A DNA stretch of 64,000 bases, from positions 1 through 64,000 of IMG/VR virus record IMGVR_UViG_3300020122_000089; one strand, 5' to 3'. Both the position numbers and the translations under genes were made by a program. Below, in pieces: positions 9,645 to 19,471 of the stretch. The notes under the pieces were generated by a model that was not told where the DNA came from, ran no database searches, and worked only from the letters and a program-made list of their open reading frames with translations. Positions within the stretch are counted from its first letter, which is position 1. Each line of letters begins with the position of its first letter. Origin of the DNA: a virus.

Positions 9645-9886
9645 ATTCGCTCAATCGTTACCGACACTCTAATGGTTAAAGGCAATTTCCAACCATGTGG
9701 CTCGCTTTGTAAATCTTTTCAGTTACGAATGTATCCGAAATGCTCATCGCGGTATCTCGCCGCCTCTTTGCGTGTCTTAAACAATGCAGGCTGTAAACCG
9801 TTATGGATAATGTGCTCGGTAACGCCGTCTAGCTTATTTCTCTGGCGCCATAATAACGCCCAATGCTTGCTAGTTTTGAGAATCAT
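9641..9886 (-). pseudogene. Hypothetical protein with internal TGA at 9719-9721
   Basis: ...GYIRN*KDLQSEPHGWKLP...ERI* ends in an ATGA overlap with recA. Confidence 0.6.
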
Positions 9887-10319
9887 TTTCTTCCGGAAGA
9901 TTAGGTATAGTATCAACCAACAGCATGCCTGTACGCTTAGATTCTTCTATTAACCCCCTCGCGGCTTTTTGTTGATTGCAGGTTTCATTGCCAAACTTTG
10001 CATCATGTACGGCGGCGATGTTGCGCTCTTTGTGCTGCCCCCCTTTTGACCACGGAATAATATGATCCCCTGCTGCTTCTTCAAGTGCGATTGGTTCTTT
10101 ACAGATGTTGCATTTGCCGTTTTGGCGTATCCAGGCTTTTTTAATCCATGCCTTTGGAATTGGAGGTCTTGAGTCTTGATTGATTTGACCGTAAGGCGCT
10201 TTTTTGAATTTCTTATATGCACCGTGAATAGCATGCTCGCCTACCAGTGCGCATTCGGCAACTAGGTATTCGTAGATGCGCTGGGAGTCGGTGTTGGGGC
10301 TTGGGGTTCTTATGGGCAT
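9870..10319 (-). CDS. HNH endonuclease
   Basis: CNIC, DHIIPWSKGG, NI...H...CNQQK. Confidence 0.85.
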   Translation of the reverse strand: MPIRTPSPNTDSQRIYEYLVAECALVGEHAIHGAYKKFKKAPYGQINQDSRPPIPKAWIKKAWIRQNGKCNICKEPIALEEAAGDHIIPWSKGGQHKERNIAAVHDAKFGNETCNQQKAARGLIEESKRTGMLLVDTIPNLPEENDSQN

Positions 10320-10337
10320 CCGCAGTTGTCCTTTTAC

Positions 10338-10832
10338 CTATTCGTCGATCATTTCGCCTACCATCTCCTCGATATCAGCCATCTCTAAATCCTCTTGGAT
10401 TTGACGGCGGTGCCAAAAGGCGTACCATCGAAATTGTAAATCGAATCTTAACGAACGTACGTATGTGCGTAGCACGTAAAGCACGGCGCCAAACGGTCCG
10501 GTCTGCGATATTACGCACAATAGCGAGATACTGGATTGTGTTTGTAGTCTGATTTGTAAGGTGCGGTTAGCAGCAATGCGCCGGTCAAATAGGTCTAATT
10601 CTAAGGATTCAGCCCTGCTATGAAACGCCGCCTTGCGCACTTCATGTAACATTTTATCCGTACACGGCTGCGCCGAATAAATCACCGGACCTTCCTCTTT
10701 GTTGAACTGTCCTGCAAAACGCTCTGCGGCTAATTTAGAGGTTAGTGGATGTCCATAGCCCCTTTCGCCGGTGGCGATATTGTGCGATGCCACTACGTAA
10801 TAATCTAGCTTTTTCTTCCGGAAGAATTTCAT
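10338..10832 (-). CDS. Hypothetical protein
   Basis: ATGA overlap; starts MKFFRKK (palindrome). Confidence 0.6.
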   Translation of the reverse strand: MKFFRKKKLDYYVVASHNIATGERGYGHPLTSKLAAERFAGQFNKEEGPVIYSAQPCTDKMLHEVRKAAFHSRAESLELDLFDRRIAANRTLQIRLQTQSSISLLCVISQTGPFGAVLYVLRTYVRSLRFDLQFRWYAFWHRRQIQEDLEMADIEEMVGEMIDE

Positions 10833-11455
10833 ATCGACACCTCAGGAAGAATCCGTTTTATCTCTTCGCGTTTTTTGAGCAATGTATCAATGAAGGCGTT
10901 CATCACGGCGTCGAGCTTGTTCTGATACGTACGGTCTGGAAGCACCCGAATCAGCACTGGCGGCATTTGGGGATGGAAGCTGATCCAATCCCAATACTCA
11001 GCACCGGTAATCCAAATCGATCCTTGTACTTGTGGAATGTATTTAGCAGGCATACTAGGGTTGAATAGGGTTTTGATGTGCGTACTCGCTTTAGGACATT
11101 TGATTTCAACACCGCCTTTATTATTGTCTATCAATCCGTCAGGGGAGCATCCTGTCATGCGCTGTTCATCTTTATAAACAAATCCTACTTGCTCGACTTT
11201 TGTATCTGCGCGGAATTCATAATAGGCCCTAGCTTCTGGTTCGCGTTCAGTGCCCTGCTCCATCCATTTGTTTGTGTAGTTATTTTCATGACTGCCAGTA
11301 GCCCACTCGGCGAGTAGTTCATACATATAAATTTCTGCTTGGCTAGATAGCTCGCCGCCTGGCGTGAGTATTCGGAAAAACTGACTAGCGGTAGGAATGC
11401 CTAGGTGCGCCTGAAACCACTCCTCGCTTTTTTGCTCGAACGTTTCTACTATCAC
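10829..11455 (-). CDS. YqaJ / lambda-exonuclease family protein
   Basis: EQ.SEEW, TAS, G...EPEAR, GCSPDGL, EIKCP, Y.PQVQG. Confidence 0.93.
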   Translation of the reverse strand: MIVETFEQKSEEWFQAHLGIPTASQFFRILTPGGELSSQAEIYMYELLAEWATGSHENNYTNKWMEQGTEREPEARAYYEFRADTKVEQVGFVYKDEQRMTGCSPDGLIDNNKGGVEIKCPKASTHIKTLFNPSMPAKYIPQVQGSIWITGAEYWDWISFHPQMPPVLIRVLPDRTYQNKLDAVMNAFIDTLLKKREEIKRILPEVSI

Positions 11456-12303
11456 TCGGATTTTCCTTGTGCCTGCTTGGTTTGTTCCCTTTCTTTTACC
11501 GCCTTAGCGCGGTCAGCTATCGCTCTAATAGCCTTGCCGTAAGCGGCGAGTGGTATATCATCTATTGTGGATACCTTGAGAAATGTCAAAAGCGATTGCT
11601 CATTTCCTTTCGTCTCGCGTAAGCTCTCTCGTATGTGGGCGGCTTGTTCTACTGTAATTTTATCGTCAGCGTCGGGCCCGATTCTTGCATCTATGTCGTC
11701 ATCGGCAGTGGCGATTCCAAGCGCGCCTATCAGCGTGTATCGCTGAAGATATTGAATGGTTGATCCGCGCTGCTGGATTGCATTCTTTCCGCCTGAGGCG
11801 TCGGCCTTACCGGTCATTTCCGCTTGCTCGCTATGCCCCATAGCGTGTGTGATGTGACACGTCACCGTGATTAGCTCGCCTTTATCCTCTATCACCCACC
11901 GCTTAGATAGGAGGCACGATTGCATTGTTTCTTTTATACATTCATCTATATCGCCGAGTGGCGCGTAGTAATACTCAGTCTTGCTACCGGTCGAGTTAGT
12001 AAAGCTGACCAGTTTTCTCCGTGGGATTCGCGGAATCTTCGATTGAAATTCAGCCAGAGCGTCATAATAGGCCGCTCGTGCCTGCCTTATTTGCCATCGC
12101 TCATACAGGTCCATGAGCTTTTGCAATTTTTCAATGTCGAAGTCCTTACGCACCGCAACTGCGAGTAGTTGAGAAGGGTCTGGCGTAGCGGCGATTGCTT
12201 GTATTTCAGGCACGGCCTCTGTCTTGGGCTGTTCAGTGGTCGTCGCCTCGTATCCCGTTACATCGGCGGCATCGAATAAGTTTTCTTCTATTGCAATGGT
12301 CAA
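11452..12303 (-). CDS. ERF-family ssDNA annealing protein
   Basis: YYAPLGDI, H..GHSE, KNAIQ..GSTI.Y.QRYTL...LGIAT.DDD.DA; AGGAG RBS + TTG. Confidence 0.88.
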   Translation of the reverse strand: MTIAIEENLFDAADVTGYEATTTEQPKTEAVPEIQAIAATPDPSQLLAVAVRKDFDIEKLQKLMDLYERWQIRQARAAYYDALAEFQSKIPRIPRRKLVSFTNSTGSKTEYYYAPLGDIDECIKETMQSCLLSKRWVIEDKGELITVTCHITHAMGHSEQAEMTGKADASGGKNAIQQRGSTIQYLQRYTLIGALGIATADDDIDARIGPDADDKITVEQAAHIRESLRETKGNEQSLLTFLKVSTIDDIPLAAYGKAIRAIADRAKAVKEREQTKQAQGKSE

Positions 12304-12635
12304 AGTATTCGCTCCTTTGTTCCGGCAGTTACGCCACAAATGCGACTGACGGTAAGATTCGTCAGCCCACGACCTTTATTGCACTCTTGCAATACCATTG
12401 TCATCGCTTTTTGCGGGCCTCTCGCTAGGGCGTATGCGACAAACGGGCCGTTGGTTTGCATTTTGGCCTTCACTTCATAAACACCCTTCGCCTGCCCTGC
12501 CAATCTTTTCGCCTTTCGCTTCTTATTACCGTAAACATACCGTAATGGTGTGACGTGTGATTTTGGCTGCTCAACATGCTCAAGGGCGGCCTGTTTCATT
12601 CTGTCGGCTATTGCTATCGCGGACTGAAAACTCAT
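12300..12635 (-). CDS. Hypothetical protein
   Basis: Overlapping start/stop codons with neighbours. Confidence 0.55.
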   Translation of the reverse strand: MSFQSAIAIADRMKQAALEHVEQPKSHVTPLRYVYGNKKRKAKRLAGQAKGVYEVKAKMQTNGPFVAYALARGPQKAMTMVLQECNKGRGLTNLTVSRICGVTAGTKERIL

Positions 12636-13177
12636 ACCCTATTCACCCTTGCAGGTTTTAATTGCGATCTCGGCCCGCCTTCTGGTGAATAAATCACGTC
12701 AGACTTGCGCTTTACTTCTCGCGGTGTACCGTATTGTGTTTTCTCGCAATTGCGGCATATAGCATGATCCTCGCAGGTGCCAAGCTCGCCTATAAACGAT
12801 CTGCATTCATTACAGTACAACGGTCGTTCTTCAAATCGACATAATGCCGGGCTACCGCCTATCGGCGGCTCGAATCTAAAGCATCGCCCACATCGATATG
12901 CTTCTGGATATGGACATTCCGGCGTTACACATTCATAGCTAATGCCGCATTCCGGACATGAATGCTCGTGCTCGATATTCCCGTAGAATACTGGAGGCTT
13001 TTTCTCGCCACAAAAAATCTTTGCTTCGTCAATAAGTTTGCCAATATTTACATCGTAGATATTTGTTTTTCGACTTAGTAACCCCTCTTGCTGCATGATT
13101 GGCACAAGATCGAATCTTGATAGATTCCAATAATCTCGGTGCTCTAATAGCCAATCTATGACTAGCTTGCGGTTCAT
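12632..13177 (-). CDS. Cys-rich (Zn-binding) hypothetical protein
   Basis: Multiple CxxC; ATGA overlaps. Confidence 0.6.
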   Translation of the reverse strand: MNRKLVIDWLLEHRDYWNLSRFDLVPIMQQEGLLSRKTNIYDVNIGKLIDEAKIFCGEKKPPVFYGNIEHEHSCPECGISYECVTPECPYPEAYRCGRCFRFEPPIGGSPALCRFEERPLYCNECRSFIGELGTCEDHAICRNCEKTQYGTPREVKRKSDVIYSPEGGPRSQLKPARVNRV

Positions 13178-13536
13178 TCTTTTTCCTTCAACCAATCCGG
13201 CTCGCCATACGGCGTAGTTGGACGTAGATACGCTTCAATGTATTCTTCTGACACTTGACGGAATCGACACCACTTGACACTTGCGGCGAATGTGTCGCGG
13301 ACAGTGCGAATGCCGGTTTTCGGCTTATCACCAGATGATATCGTGGCAACAAACGCTGCGAAGTCTGGCAGCGTCCTCTCGAAATGCACCACCTCAAATA
13401 CCACAAAGGGGTATTCAATCGAAACGACGGTGATTGGCGTTCCGCCCGTTTTAAGCTCTGACCATCGCCGCGCTGATGCAACAATAACGGTCATGCCTTC
13501 TTTGAGTTCTTTTCCTTTGAGTAGGTGGTGGTTCAT
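13174..13536 (-). CDS. Hypothetical protein
   Basis: ATGA overlaps. Confidence 0.6.
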   Translation of the reverse strand: MNHHLLKGKELKEGMTVIVASARRWSELKTGGTPITVVSIEYPFVVFEVVHFERTLPDFAAFVATISSGDKPKTGIRTVRDTFAASVKWCRFRQVSEEYIEAYLRPTTPYGEPDWLKEKE

Positions 13537-13850
13537 AAACGCTCCATCTTCCGGAAGAATCGAGCAAGACGGCTTCGGATTTTAATCTGACCATACAGCA
13601 TCTTGACAAATAACTGGTCGCTGTACATTGGGACATGCCCGTCTGGTATAGTGTCGATATCAGCTTGTGTTAAGAGGTTCGGATTGCGTGGCCTTGCGTA
13701 AAACAGCCTCACCGGTCGCCGTTCGCTGCCGTTGTGGAAAAGCAAAGGCGCACGTCTGCGTTTTCGCACCGCCTGTTTTGCAAGGCGTTTGGTTTCCTGA
13801 ATGCGCGTTTCTTGCGTGGCAGGTTTTTGCTTGAAGGCGATTACGCTCAT
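13533..13850 (-). CDS. Hypothetical basic protein
   Basis: GGAGG RBS, ATGA overlap. Confidence 0.6.
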   Translation of the reverse strand: MSVIAFKQKPATQETRIQETKRLAKQAVRKRRRAPLLFHNGSERRPVRLFYARPRNPNLLTQADIDTIPDGHVPMYSDQLFVKMLYGQIKIRSRLARFFRKMERL

Positions 13851-14065
13851 ATAGCAATACCCTCCTTCGGGGTGGGGTATTTTTCTTGATATTGGAGAAA
13901 GGTCATCGTTTTGCCCTTATAATCCTTCTGCCAAATATCAAGAAGTGCGTTTGCGATGATATTCTGGACGGTTTCACCATTGCCCGCCACTATCCGTTCA
14001 CGGATAATATCCGCCTGTCTATGCGCTTCTTGTACTTTTGCTGAGTCGTTACGAATGTTGGGCAT
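13847..14065 (-). CDS. Hypothetical protein
   Basis: GGAGGT RBS before ATG 14065. Confidence 0.6.
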   Translation of the reverse strand: MPNIRNDSAKVQEAHRQADIIRERIVAGNGETVQNIIANALLDIWQKDYKGKTMTFLQYQEKYPTPKEGIAI

Positions 14066-14246
14066 TGCCAACCTCCTTCTCAAAATATTCACTGAGAATC
14101 ACTCGCGGCTTTGCGTTTGGATTATTAGATTCGCAGGCAGTCCACCCCCCGGTAGGCTCAAGTAGTGTATATTGAGTGTTGAAAAACACCACCTCCGTGC
14201 CCGGCGGTAAAACTCTTGCCTCTTGCAATGGGATATGTTCTCTCAT
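14049..14246 (-). CDS. Hypothetical protein
   Basis: ATG directly after a palindrome copy. Confidence 0.5.
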   Translation of the reverse strand: MREHIPLQEARVLPPGTEVVFFNTQYTLLEPTGGWTACESNNPNAKPRVILSEYFEKEVGNAQHS

Positions 14247-14264
14247 TAATTCTTCCGGAAGATT

Positions 14265-14687
14265 TCACGCAGCGCAAACGCGCATGCTTCCTATTACCTC
14301 GGCGGTTGTACGGGTTCTAGTAGCCGGGTCGAGAATCGACACTACCACCCGATGCTTATTTGGCTTTTCTTTGATGAAATATATTGGGGCGCCTATCACG
14401 TTTTCGTCAATATCGAATTCGTCTTTTACGGCTACGCCTATTGGGAAAGAATGTATCGGGCGTGATTCTGGCGATGCTGCCACCTTGCTAGGTGCGCGTT
14501 CACGAATCAATCTGCCATTCAATGGGCATTTCGGATTGCAATAGGCGTTTTCACGTCTGAGCGGTTCATAGTCAATGCAATAATCCCGTTGCTTATGAGA
14601 GCCTTCGTGGATTGAACATTCGCCAAGTCCGTAAGGGGGGATTGTGATTAGCCACCCACACTGCAAGCATTTTTGATTTTGATCCAT
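14265..14687 (-). CDS. Cys-rich hypothetical protein
   Basis: ORF downstream of a strong promoter. Confidence 0.55.
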   Translation of the reverse strand: MDQNQKCLQCGWLITIPPYGLGECSIHEGSHKQRDYCIDYEPLRRENAYCNPKCPLNGRLIRERAPSKVAASPESRPIHSFPIGVAVKDEFDIDENVIGAPIYFIKEKPNKHRVVVSILDPATRTRTTAEVIGSMRVCAA

Positions 14688-14735
14688 AAGGTTTACGTGC
14701 TTAACCTTTCGTTCGTTTATCTAATCATCTTCACT

Positions 14736-14764
14736 ATTATACGATATTTAATTGCCAATGTCAA
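14736..14764 (-). promoter_or_regulatory. Consensus sigma70 promoter
   Basis: TTGACA-17-TATAAT on - strand. Confidence 0.85.
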
Positions 14765-15317
14765 GCAAATTTTTTATGTCAGATTTCGATTCTTCTCTTA
14801 ATTGATGCTCGATTAACCATTCTTCTTCGAGCGAGTGCATTGATACCACTGTCCGCTCCGACTCGCCCGGTTCGGTATATCTGCGCTTGGCGTGCCAGTC
14901 GCAAATACGGCTATCGTTTCTAACCCAGCCCGCTATCTGTGCGGCGTCTCCGACTGCTCGTTGAATTTTATCCTGATCCTTTCCCTTATTACTCGCTGGA
15001 AACTTTGGCGCATCCGCCTTCAATACTCCGTTGCTCTTATAATGCGCCCTTGGCCGGTGAATATATACCGTCATAGTAAATGTCATCGCCTCATCGAATG
15101 GTTCGTCTGGCCTATCGTTGCGCATCTCAATTATCATTTCTTGACGCCAGTTACCAACATCCGTCTGTTCAATGAAATACCGCTCACCGGTCTTTTTATT
15201 CGTCACCGGTCGCTTTGACCCTTGAGTTTTTGCAGGGCCGTATACAATAGCAACGTATCGCAATACGGTGCGCTCATTTTCATCGGTATCAAATTCCTGC
15301 TCCAGTATCGCGCTCAT
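14748..15317 (-). CDS. rusA: RusA-family Holliday junction resolvase
   Basis: V.G.AKTQGSKR, RP..HY, D.DK..RAVGDA, NDSRI......KRY. Confidence 0.85.
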   Translation of the reverse strand: MSAILEQEFDTDENERTVLRYVAIVYGPAKTQGSKRPVTNKKTGERYFIEQTDVGNWRQEMIIEMRNDRPDEPFDEAMTFTMTVYIHRPRAHYKSNGVLKADAPKFPASNKGKDQDKIQRAVGDAAQIAGWVRNDSRICDWHAKRRYTEPGESERTVVSMHSLEEEWLIEHQLREESKSDIKNLLDIGN

Positions 15318-15721
15318 GCCGCCATATTCTCCATCTTTTCTTTTTCCAGTCTCAATCGTTCGCGCTGTACGGAAAAGATTTTTCTTGCGAATTTCAAGTA
15401 TTCTTCCGGTGAGTCTTTTACTGATTCAGCATGCGCTTGCGCTATAGCAATCAAATCTTCTTCGGATTCTGCGTGATACATATCATAGGATAATGCGACT
15501 ATTTCAGGAGCAAAACATGCTAGTCGATGCTTGCAAATTGCGGTGGGTTTGTTCTCGCCTATCCAACACGTACAGGAATCGGCGGTGACTGCGTATATTT
15601 TTTCTTTACCAAAAGTCTGCGACCAGCAGGTTATTACACCATCACCTTCGTAGCCTTGTACGTATCCTTCTCGGATAAGAAAAGCGGCTCGGTTTATTGT
15701 ATTTTCTGGCTTTAGCCTCAT
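15314..15721 (-). CDS. SWIM Zn-finger protein
   Basis: YAV...SCTC....CKH. Confidence 0.7.
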   Translation of the reverse strand: MRLKPENTINRAAFLIREGYVQGYEGDGVITCWSQTFGKEKIYAVTADSCTCWIGENKPTAICKHRLACFAPEIVALSYDMYHAESEEDLIAIAQAHAESVKDSPEEYLKFARKIFSVQRERLRLEKEKMENMAA

Positions 15722-16422
15722 AATAACACGGCCTTGCTCACGGGGAAATCTAACGCCGCCGCCTCTTCGGATGTCATCTTTCGCGCCCAATGCCTCGGTA
15801 TGATTCTATCCCATATGAATCCATTCGCCTTATTGATATCATTCTTCTCAATTGGAAGATGTGACACGTAAATTTCTTTTGGCGTAAGAGCGTAATTGAA
15901 TACAGCCTGCAAGTCATCCTGTTTATCAAATATCGCAGCTATCAATCGGCAATCATCAAGCGCCCTATGCGCTTCAACTACTGGAACGTTATACGCCACG
16001 GCAATCTCGACAAGGCTGGTACTTTTTAACGCCTTTGGCCACCTACATTCTGTTTTAGTACAAATCCAATTATCAAATTCCGTCCACCCGATCTGTTTCA
16101 AGAACGCTTTATCAAACTCTGCATTATGCGCGCAGATAATATCGGAGGCTTCATACATCCACGCAAGGTGGTCATGCGCTAATTGATTGCCCTGTCCTTC
16201 AAAAAATTCTTCCGATGCTTTTATAGCGCCTACCGAGATGCGGTTGACTTCTTCGCAGGCGTTCGATGGTTCCTCCATTGTTAAAATAGATGAAAACTGT
16301 TGCAAGGTGGTACGGTGCTCAACTGAATATAAAATAGCCGCCACTTCAATAATCCTGTCGGTGTCAGGATTTAATCCATTCGTCTCCGTGTCTACAATGA
16401 GCACTCGTTTTATTTCTCTCAT
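15718..16422 (-). CDS. DEDDh 3'-5' exonuclease (DnaQ/epsilon-like)
   Basis: VDTETNG, AHNAEFD, AHRALDD. Confidence 0.92.
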   Translation of the reverse strand: MREIKRVLIVDTETNGLNPDTDRIIEVAAILYSVEHRTTLQQFSSILTMEEPSNACEEVNRISVGAIKASEEFFEGQGNQLAHDHLAWMYEASDIICAHNAEFDKAFLKQIGWTEFDNWICTKTECRWPKALKSTSLVEIAVAYNVPVVEAHRALDDCRLIAAIFDKQDDLQAVFNYALTPKEIYVSHLPIEKNDINKANGFIWDRIIPRHWARKMTSEEAAALDFPVSKAVLL

Positions 16423-16568
16423 ATTCCCTCAGCGCGTTCTTGGCATAACCCTAAGTGGTACAACTTTTTGGATCGTGGGTTAAACCATGCTTCTTCGCCA
16501 ACATAAATTGTCTCCTGACAATAATCGCATAGACATTCGTAAATAACCTTGATTACAAAAAGGGTCAC
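16419..16568 (-). CDS. Small CxxC protein (~49 aa)
   Basis: ...ECLCDYCQETIYVGEEAWFNP...YHLGLCQERAEGI*, ATGA overlap with the exonuclease. Confidence 0.45.
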   Translation of the reverse strand: MTLFVIKVIYECLCDYCQETIYVGEEAWFNPRSKKLYHLGLCQERAEGI

Positions 16569-16573
16569 ACATT

Positions 16574-16972
16574 TTATCCCGTTTCTTCCGGAAGATTTTC
16601 TTTTACCTTCAACCTCTCGGTGGTTTTCTTGAATTCACCATCTAGCCTTTTACGTTCTGCATGATGGATCGCCTCGCGTAAATTATGACCGTTGAATTTG
16701 TTGGTTTCAGCTTTTCCGTCTATAATCACGGCGGTATCGGCATCTATATCATGTGGGATTATTATCACCGTCCTTCCTGCTTCCACTTCATGTTTAAGCT
16801 GTTGCAAATACCACCTGAGACATCTTGCGGCAAATCCATTGCCGCTAAAATACCCTTGCTGTGATATTCCGAATTGCTTCTCACCGTATTCTAAGAACGA
16901 TTCAATAGCAGCTATCGTCTGTTCTCTGGTAAATTCTTCAATCATCACCTGTCTCACCGTAATTGCCGCCAT
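16574..16972 (-). CDS. Hypothetical protein
   Basis: ORF MAAITVRQ...; ends NLPEETG (palindrome). Confidence 0.55.
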   Translation of the reverse strand: MAAITVRQVMIEEFTREQTIAAIESFLEYGEKQFGISQQGYFSGNGFAARCLRWYLQQLKHEVEAGRTVIIIPHDIDADTAVIIDGKAETNKFNGHNLREAIHHAERKRLDGEFKKTTERLKVKENLPEETG

Positions 16973-18359
16973 ACGCCGAGGATCGTTTACGCCTGCGCTG
17001 TTGCGACTGCTCGTGTTTTGGCCAGTCATCCCAAGATAAATCTTCAAATCGAGTGTATTGGTCAATAAACGCCATGTGGACGTCTTCTTCGGTTGTGCCG
17101 TCGCGCTGTTTTAAGAATATCAGTGTAGCGCGTCCTTTGTCTGCATCATCACGTGTATACATCCATTTTCGGTAAAGCCCTATTACAACATCTGCAACTT
17201 TTTCAATATCTGACGAGTCTGCTAGATCGCTCAATTGCGGCCTATGATCGGGGCGTTCATCTGCCGCCCTGCTTAATTGCGCTGCCGCTAATACTGGAAC
17301 GTCTAGCATCCTACTAACCCGCCTGAGGCCCGTCATGACATGCCCTATCTTTTCTTGACGGGTACGGTAGGGTTTTCCTGGCTCCATTTCATGAATATGA
17401 TCTACTATGATAAGGTCAAGCCCAAATCGAGTTTTATGCTGACGCCCTTGACTGATAAGCATGTCTGGGGTCATATCCGCCGTATCGTCAATCATGAATT
17501 GAGTAATCGCCAATCGTGTTAGTGTTTCTTCTAGGCGCGACCATTCCTCACGGTCCATTCTACCTTGCCGCATAATATAGGAATCAACGCGGGATACTGA
17601 TGCTAAGATGCGTTGAACTATTTTCTCGGCGGAGGATTCTATAGAGGCCATGAGCACTGAACGGCCTTCAAGCGCCACATTCGTTGCAATATTAGTAACT
17701 AACGCCGTCTTCCCCATGCTGGTTCTAGCGGCCACGACAGACACGCCAGGCGTTAACCCTAATGTTCTCGCATTGATATCTGCAAACCCTGTATCTAGCC
17801 CTATCAGCGTCTTTCGATCTTGTGCTTTTGCTTCGTAAAAGTCCGCCAGTTTTGCGGCTACGGTAGCTACGTGCCTAGGGCCGCCTTCGGTATTACCCTC
17901 CGACATTTCGTAGACCATTTGTTCGGCAGAGCCAAGCATGCTATCGAAGTCGGTTTCATCTGTTAAAACCATCCGCTGAATGTCTGCGCCTACGGTTAAT
18001 AATTGTCGTTTTCTCCATGTATCTTTTACGATTTTGATATAAGGAGCTACCGTATCTGTTCGTGGAACCCCATCTATTAGTGAGGCAATATAAGTGGCGC
18101 CACCTACGCGCTCAAAGTCGCCACGGCGGCGTAGCTCATCTGAAAGTGTGATTAAGTCAACTGGCTGGTTGCTTTCTCTAACACTAAGGATTGCTTGATA
18201 GACACGCCTGTTCACGTCAAGGTATATTGATTCTGGCTGCAACAGTGATGTTACTTCATCTAGTACGCGATTGTCTAATAAAATAGCACCGCAGATAGAA
18301 CGCTCTGCGTCTACGCTACTTGGTAATCCTTTATCGTAAAATGGATCGCGTTGCATCAT
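16938..18359 (-). CDS. dnaB: Replicative DNA helicase DnaB
   Basis: AERS..GAILLDN, TGF, AARTSMGKT, IVDH, AQLSR, RPQLSDL.DS..IE..AD, KQRDG. Confidence 0.95.
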   Translation of the reverse strand: MMQRDPFYDKGLPSSVDAERSICGAILLDNRVLDEVTSLLQPESIYLDVNRRVYQAILSVRESNQPVDLITLSDELRRRGDFERVGGATYIASLIDGVPRTDTVAPYIKIVKDTWRKRQLLTVGADIQRMVLTDETDFDSMLGSAEQMVYEMSEGNTEGGPRHVATVAAKLADFYEAKAQDRKTLIGLDTGFADINARTLGLTPGVSVVAARTSMGKTALVTNIATNVALEGRSVLMASIESSAEKIVQRILASVSRVDSYIMRQGRMDREEWSRLEETLTRLAITQFMIDDTADMTPDMLISQGRQHKTRFGLDLIIVDHIHEMEPGKPYRTRQEKIGHVMTGLRRVSRMLDVPVLAAAQLSRAADERPDHRPQLSDLADSSDIEKVADVVIGLYRKWMYTRDDADKGRATLIFLKQRDGTTEEDVHMAFIDQYTRFEDLSWDDWPKHEQSQQRRRKRSSAYGGNYGETGDD

Positions 18360-18584
18360 TTAGAAAAACCTATCGGATTTTTTACCGCCTGTTGATTGCT
18401 GTTGGCATTTACAAATGCCTGAACGCTTGCCCTTTTTCACCACTCCGGTATCATTACAAATAGTACAATCGTATTGCCGCGCTTCTTGCTCCGCTAACTG
18501 GCAGGCGGTGCGCTTTAATCTTTCAAGTACGCGGCGGGCGGCATCGCCAACGTGTACAGGGCCTGGTGTCTTATCGACTGACAT
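18360..18584 (-). CDS. Small Zn-ribbon protein (resembles the N-terminus of DnaC/IstB-type loaders)
   Basis: YDCTICNDTG...CKC adjacent to dnaB. Confidence 0.55.
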   Translation of the reverse strand: MSVDKTPGPVHVGDAARRVLERLKRTACQLAEQEARQYDCTICNDTGVVKKGKRSGICKCQQQSTGGKKSDRFF

Positions 18585-18715
18585 ACGATGGATTAGGATT
18601 GTAAATCAACTCGTCCATAAACTCATTCAATCTCAAATGCAAGCAGATTTCTTTATGGTGCTGATCGCAATAAAGCCACAGGCGCGTACCTGTTCGCATT
18701 TCGGGTATTCGCATA

Positions 18716-19471
18716 TCATTGTTTTCTACCGGTCTCTCGAATCCATTCCCCCGGAATAGGAGGGAGGTTCCCGTTATATCGTTCGCGGCAAAAATCAGCG
18801 TACTTACCCCAGTTTGACCAGGCGTTGTCGGGCCTCGGCGCGCTAAGTTTATCGCCTATTTTGATTCTGGATTCTTGCCAAACCCGAATTCCAAGAATAC
18901 GTTTTTGTAATCTTTCAAACTCTTCGTCTGGATATTTCTTGATAATGTTTTTGATAAACCGTTGTGCTTCTGCGGCATCACGTGGAATCAGTGGCGTATT
19001 GAAATTGCTCATCTTAATTACTACCGGCATTAAGGCGCGGTGAAGTTGTGATAGTTTTCCATCGCCATTTGATTTTGATGTGTTTTCTTCCGGAAGAATT
19101 GCTTCATGCGCATCTTCGATATCGCCATCGCCTAGTACAACTATGGATTCAAGGGTTTTGATTTTCACCCAATTAAGGCTAAGCCATTTTGTGGTATCTT
19201 TTGTCAGTAAGGAGGCATCTTCAATGTATAGAAAGTTCTTATCTTGCAATGCCTTTAATTCTTCTTTTATACCTGCCGTTGTTAGCCAAGGTAGTAGTCT
19301 TGCTAACTGCTTATTATCACGCGCTACCTTTTTACCGGACGGGGTATCCATTCCATATTCGGATATTTCTGCTTCTAGGGTTAGTAGGACCACCGACGAC
19401 GCTAACCCTATCTCTTTCGCTAGGGGCGGGTAGAAGGTTGGGTGATGTGCATTTGGAATCATGATTCTCAT
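18716..19471 (-). CDS. Putative phage replication initiator (wHTH-like N-terminus)
   Basis: P.LAKEIGL.SSVVL...LLPWL...L..L; position upstream of dnaB. Confidence 0.6.
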   Translation of the reverse strand: MRIMIPNAHHPTFYPPLAKEIGLASSVVLLTLEAEISEYGMDTPSGKKVARDNKQLARLLPWLTTAGIKEELKALQDKNFLYIEDASLLTKDTTKWLSLNWVKIKTLESIVVLGDGDIEDAHEAILPEENTSKSNGDGKLSQLHRALMPVVIKMSNFNTPLIPRDAAEAQRFIKNIIKKYPDEEFERLQKRILGIRVWQESRIKIGDKLSAPRPDNAWSNWGKYADFCRERYNGNLPPIPGEWIRETGRKQ

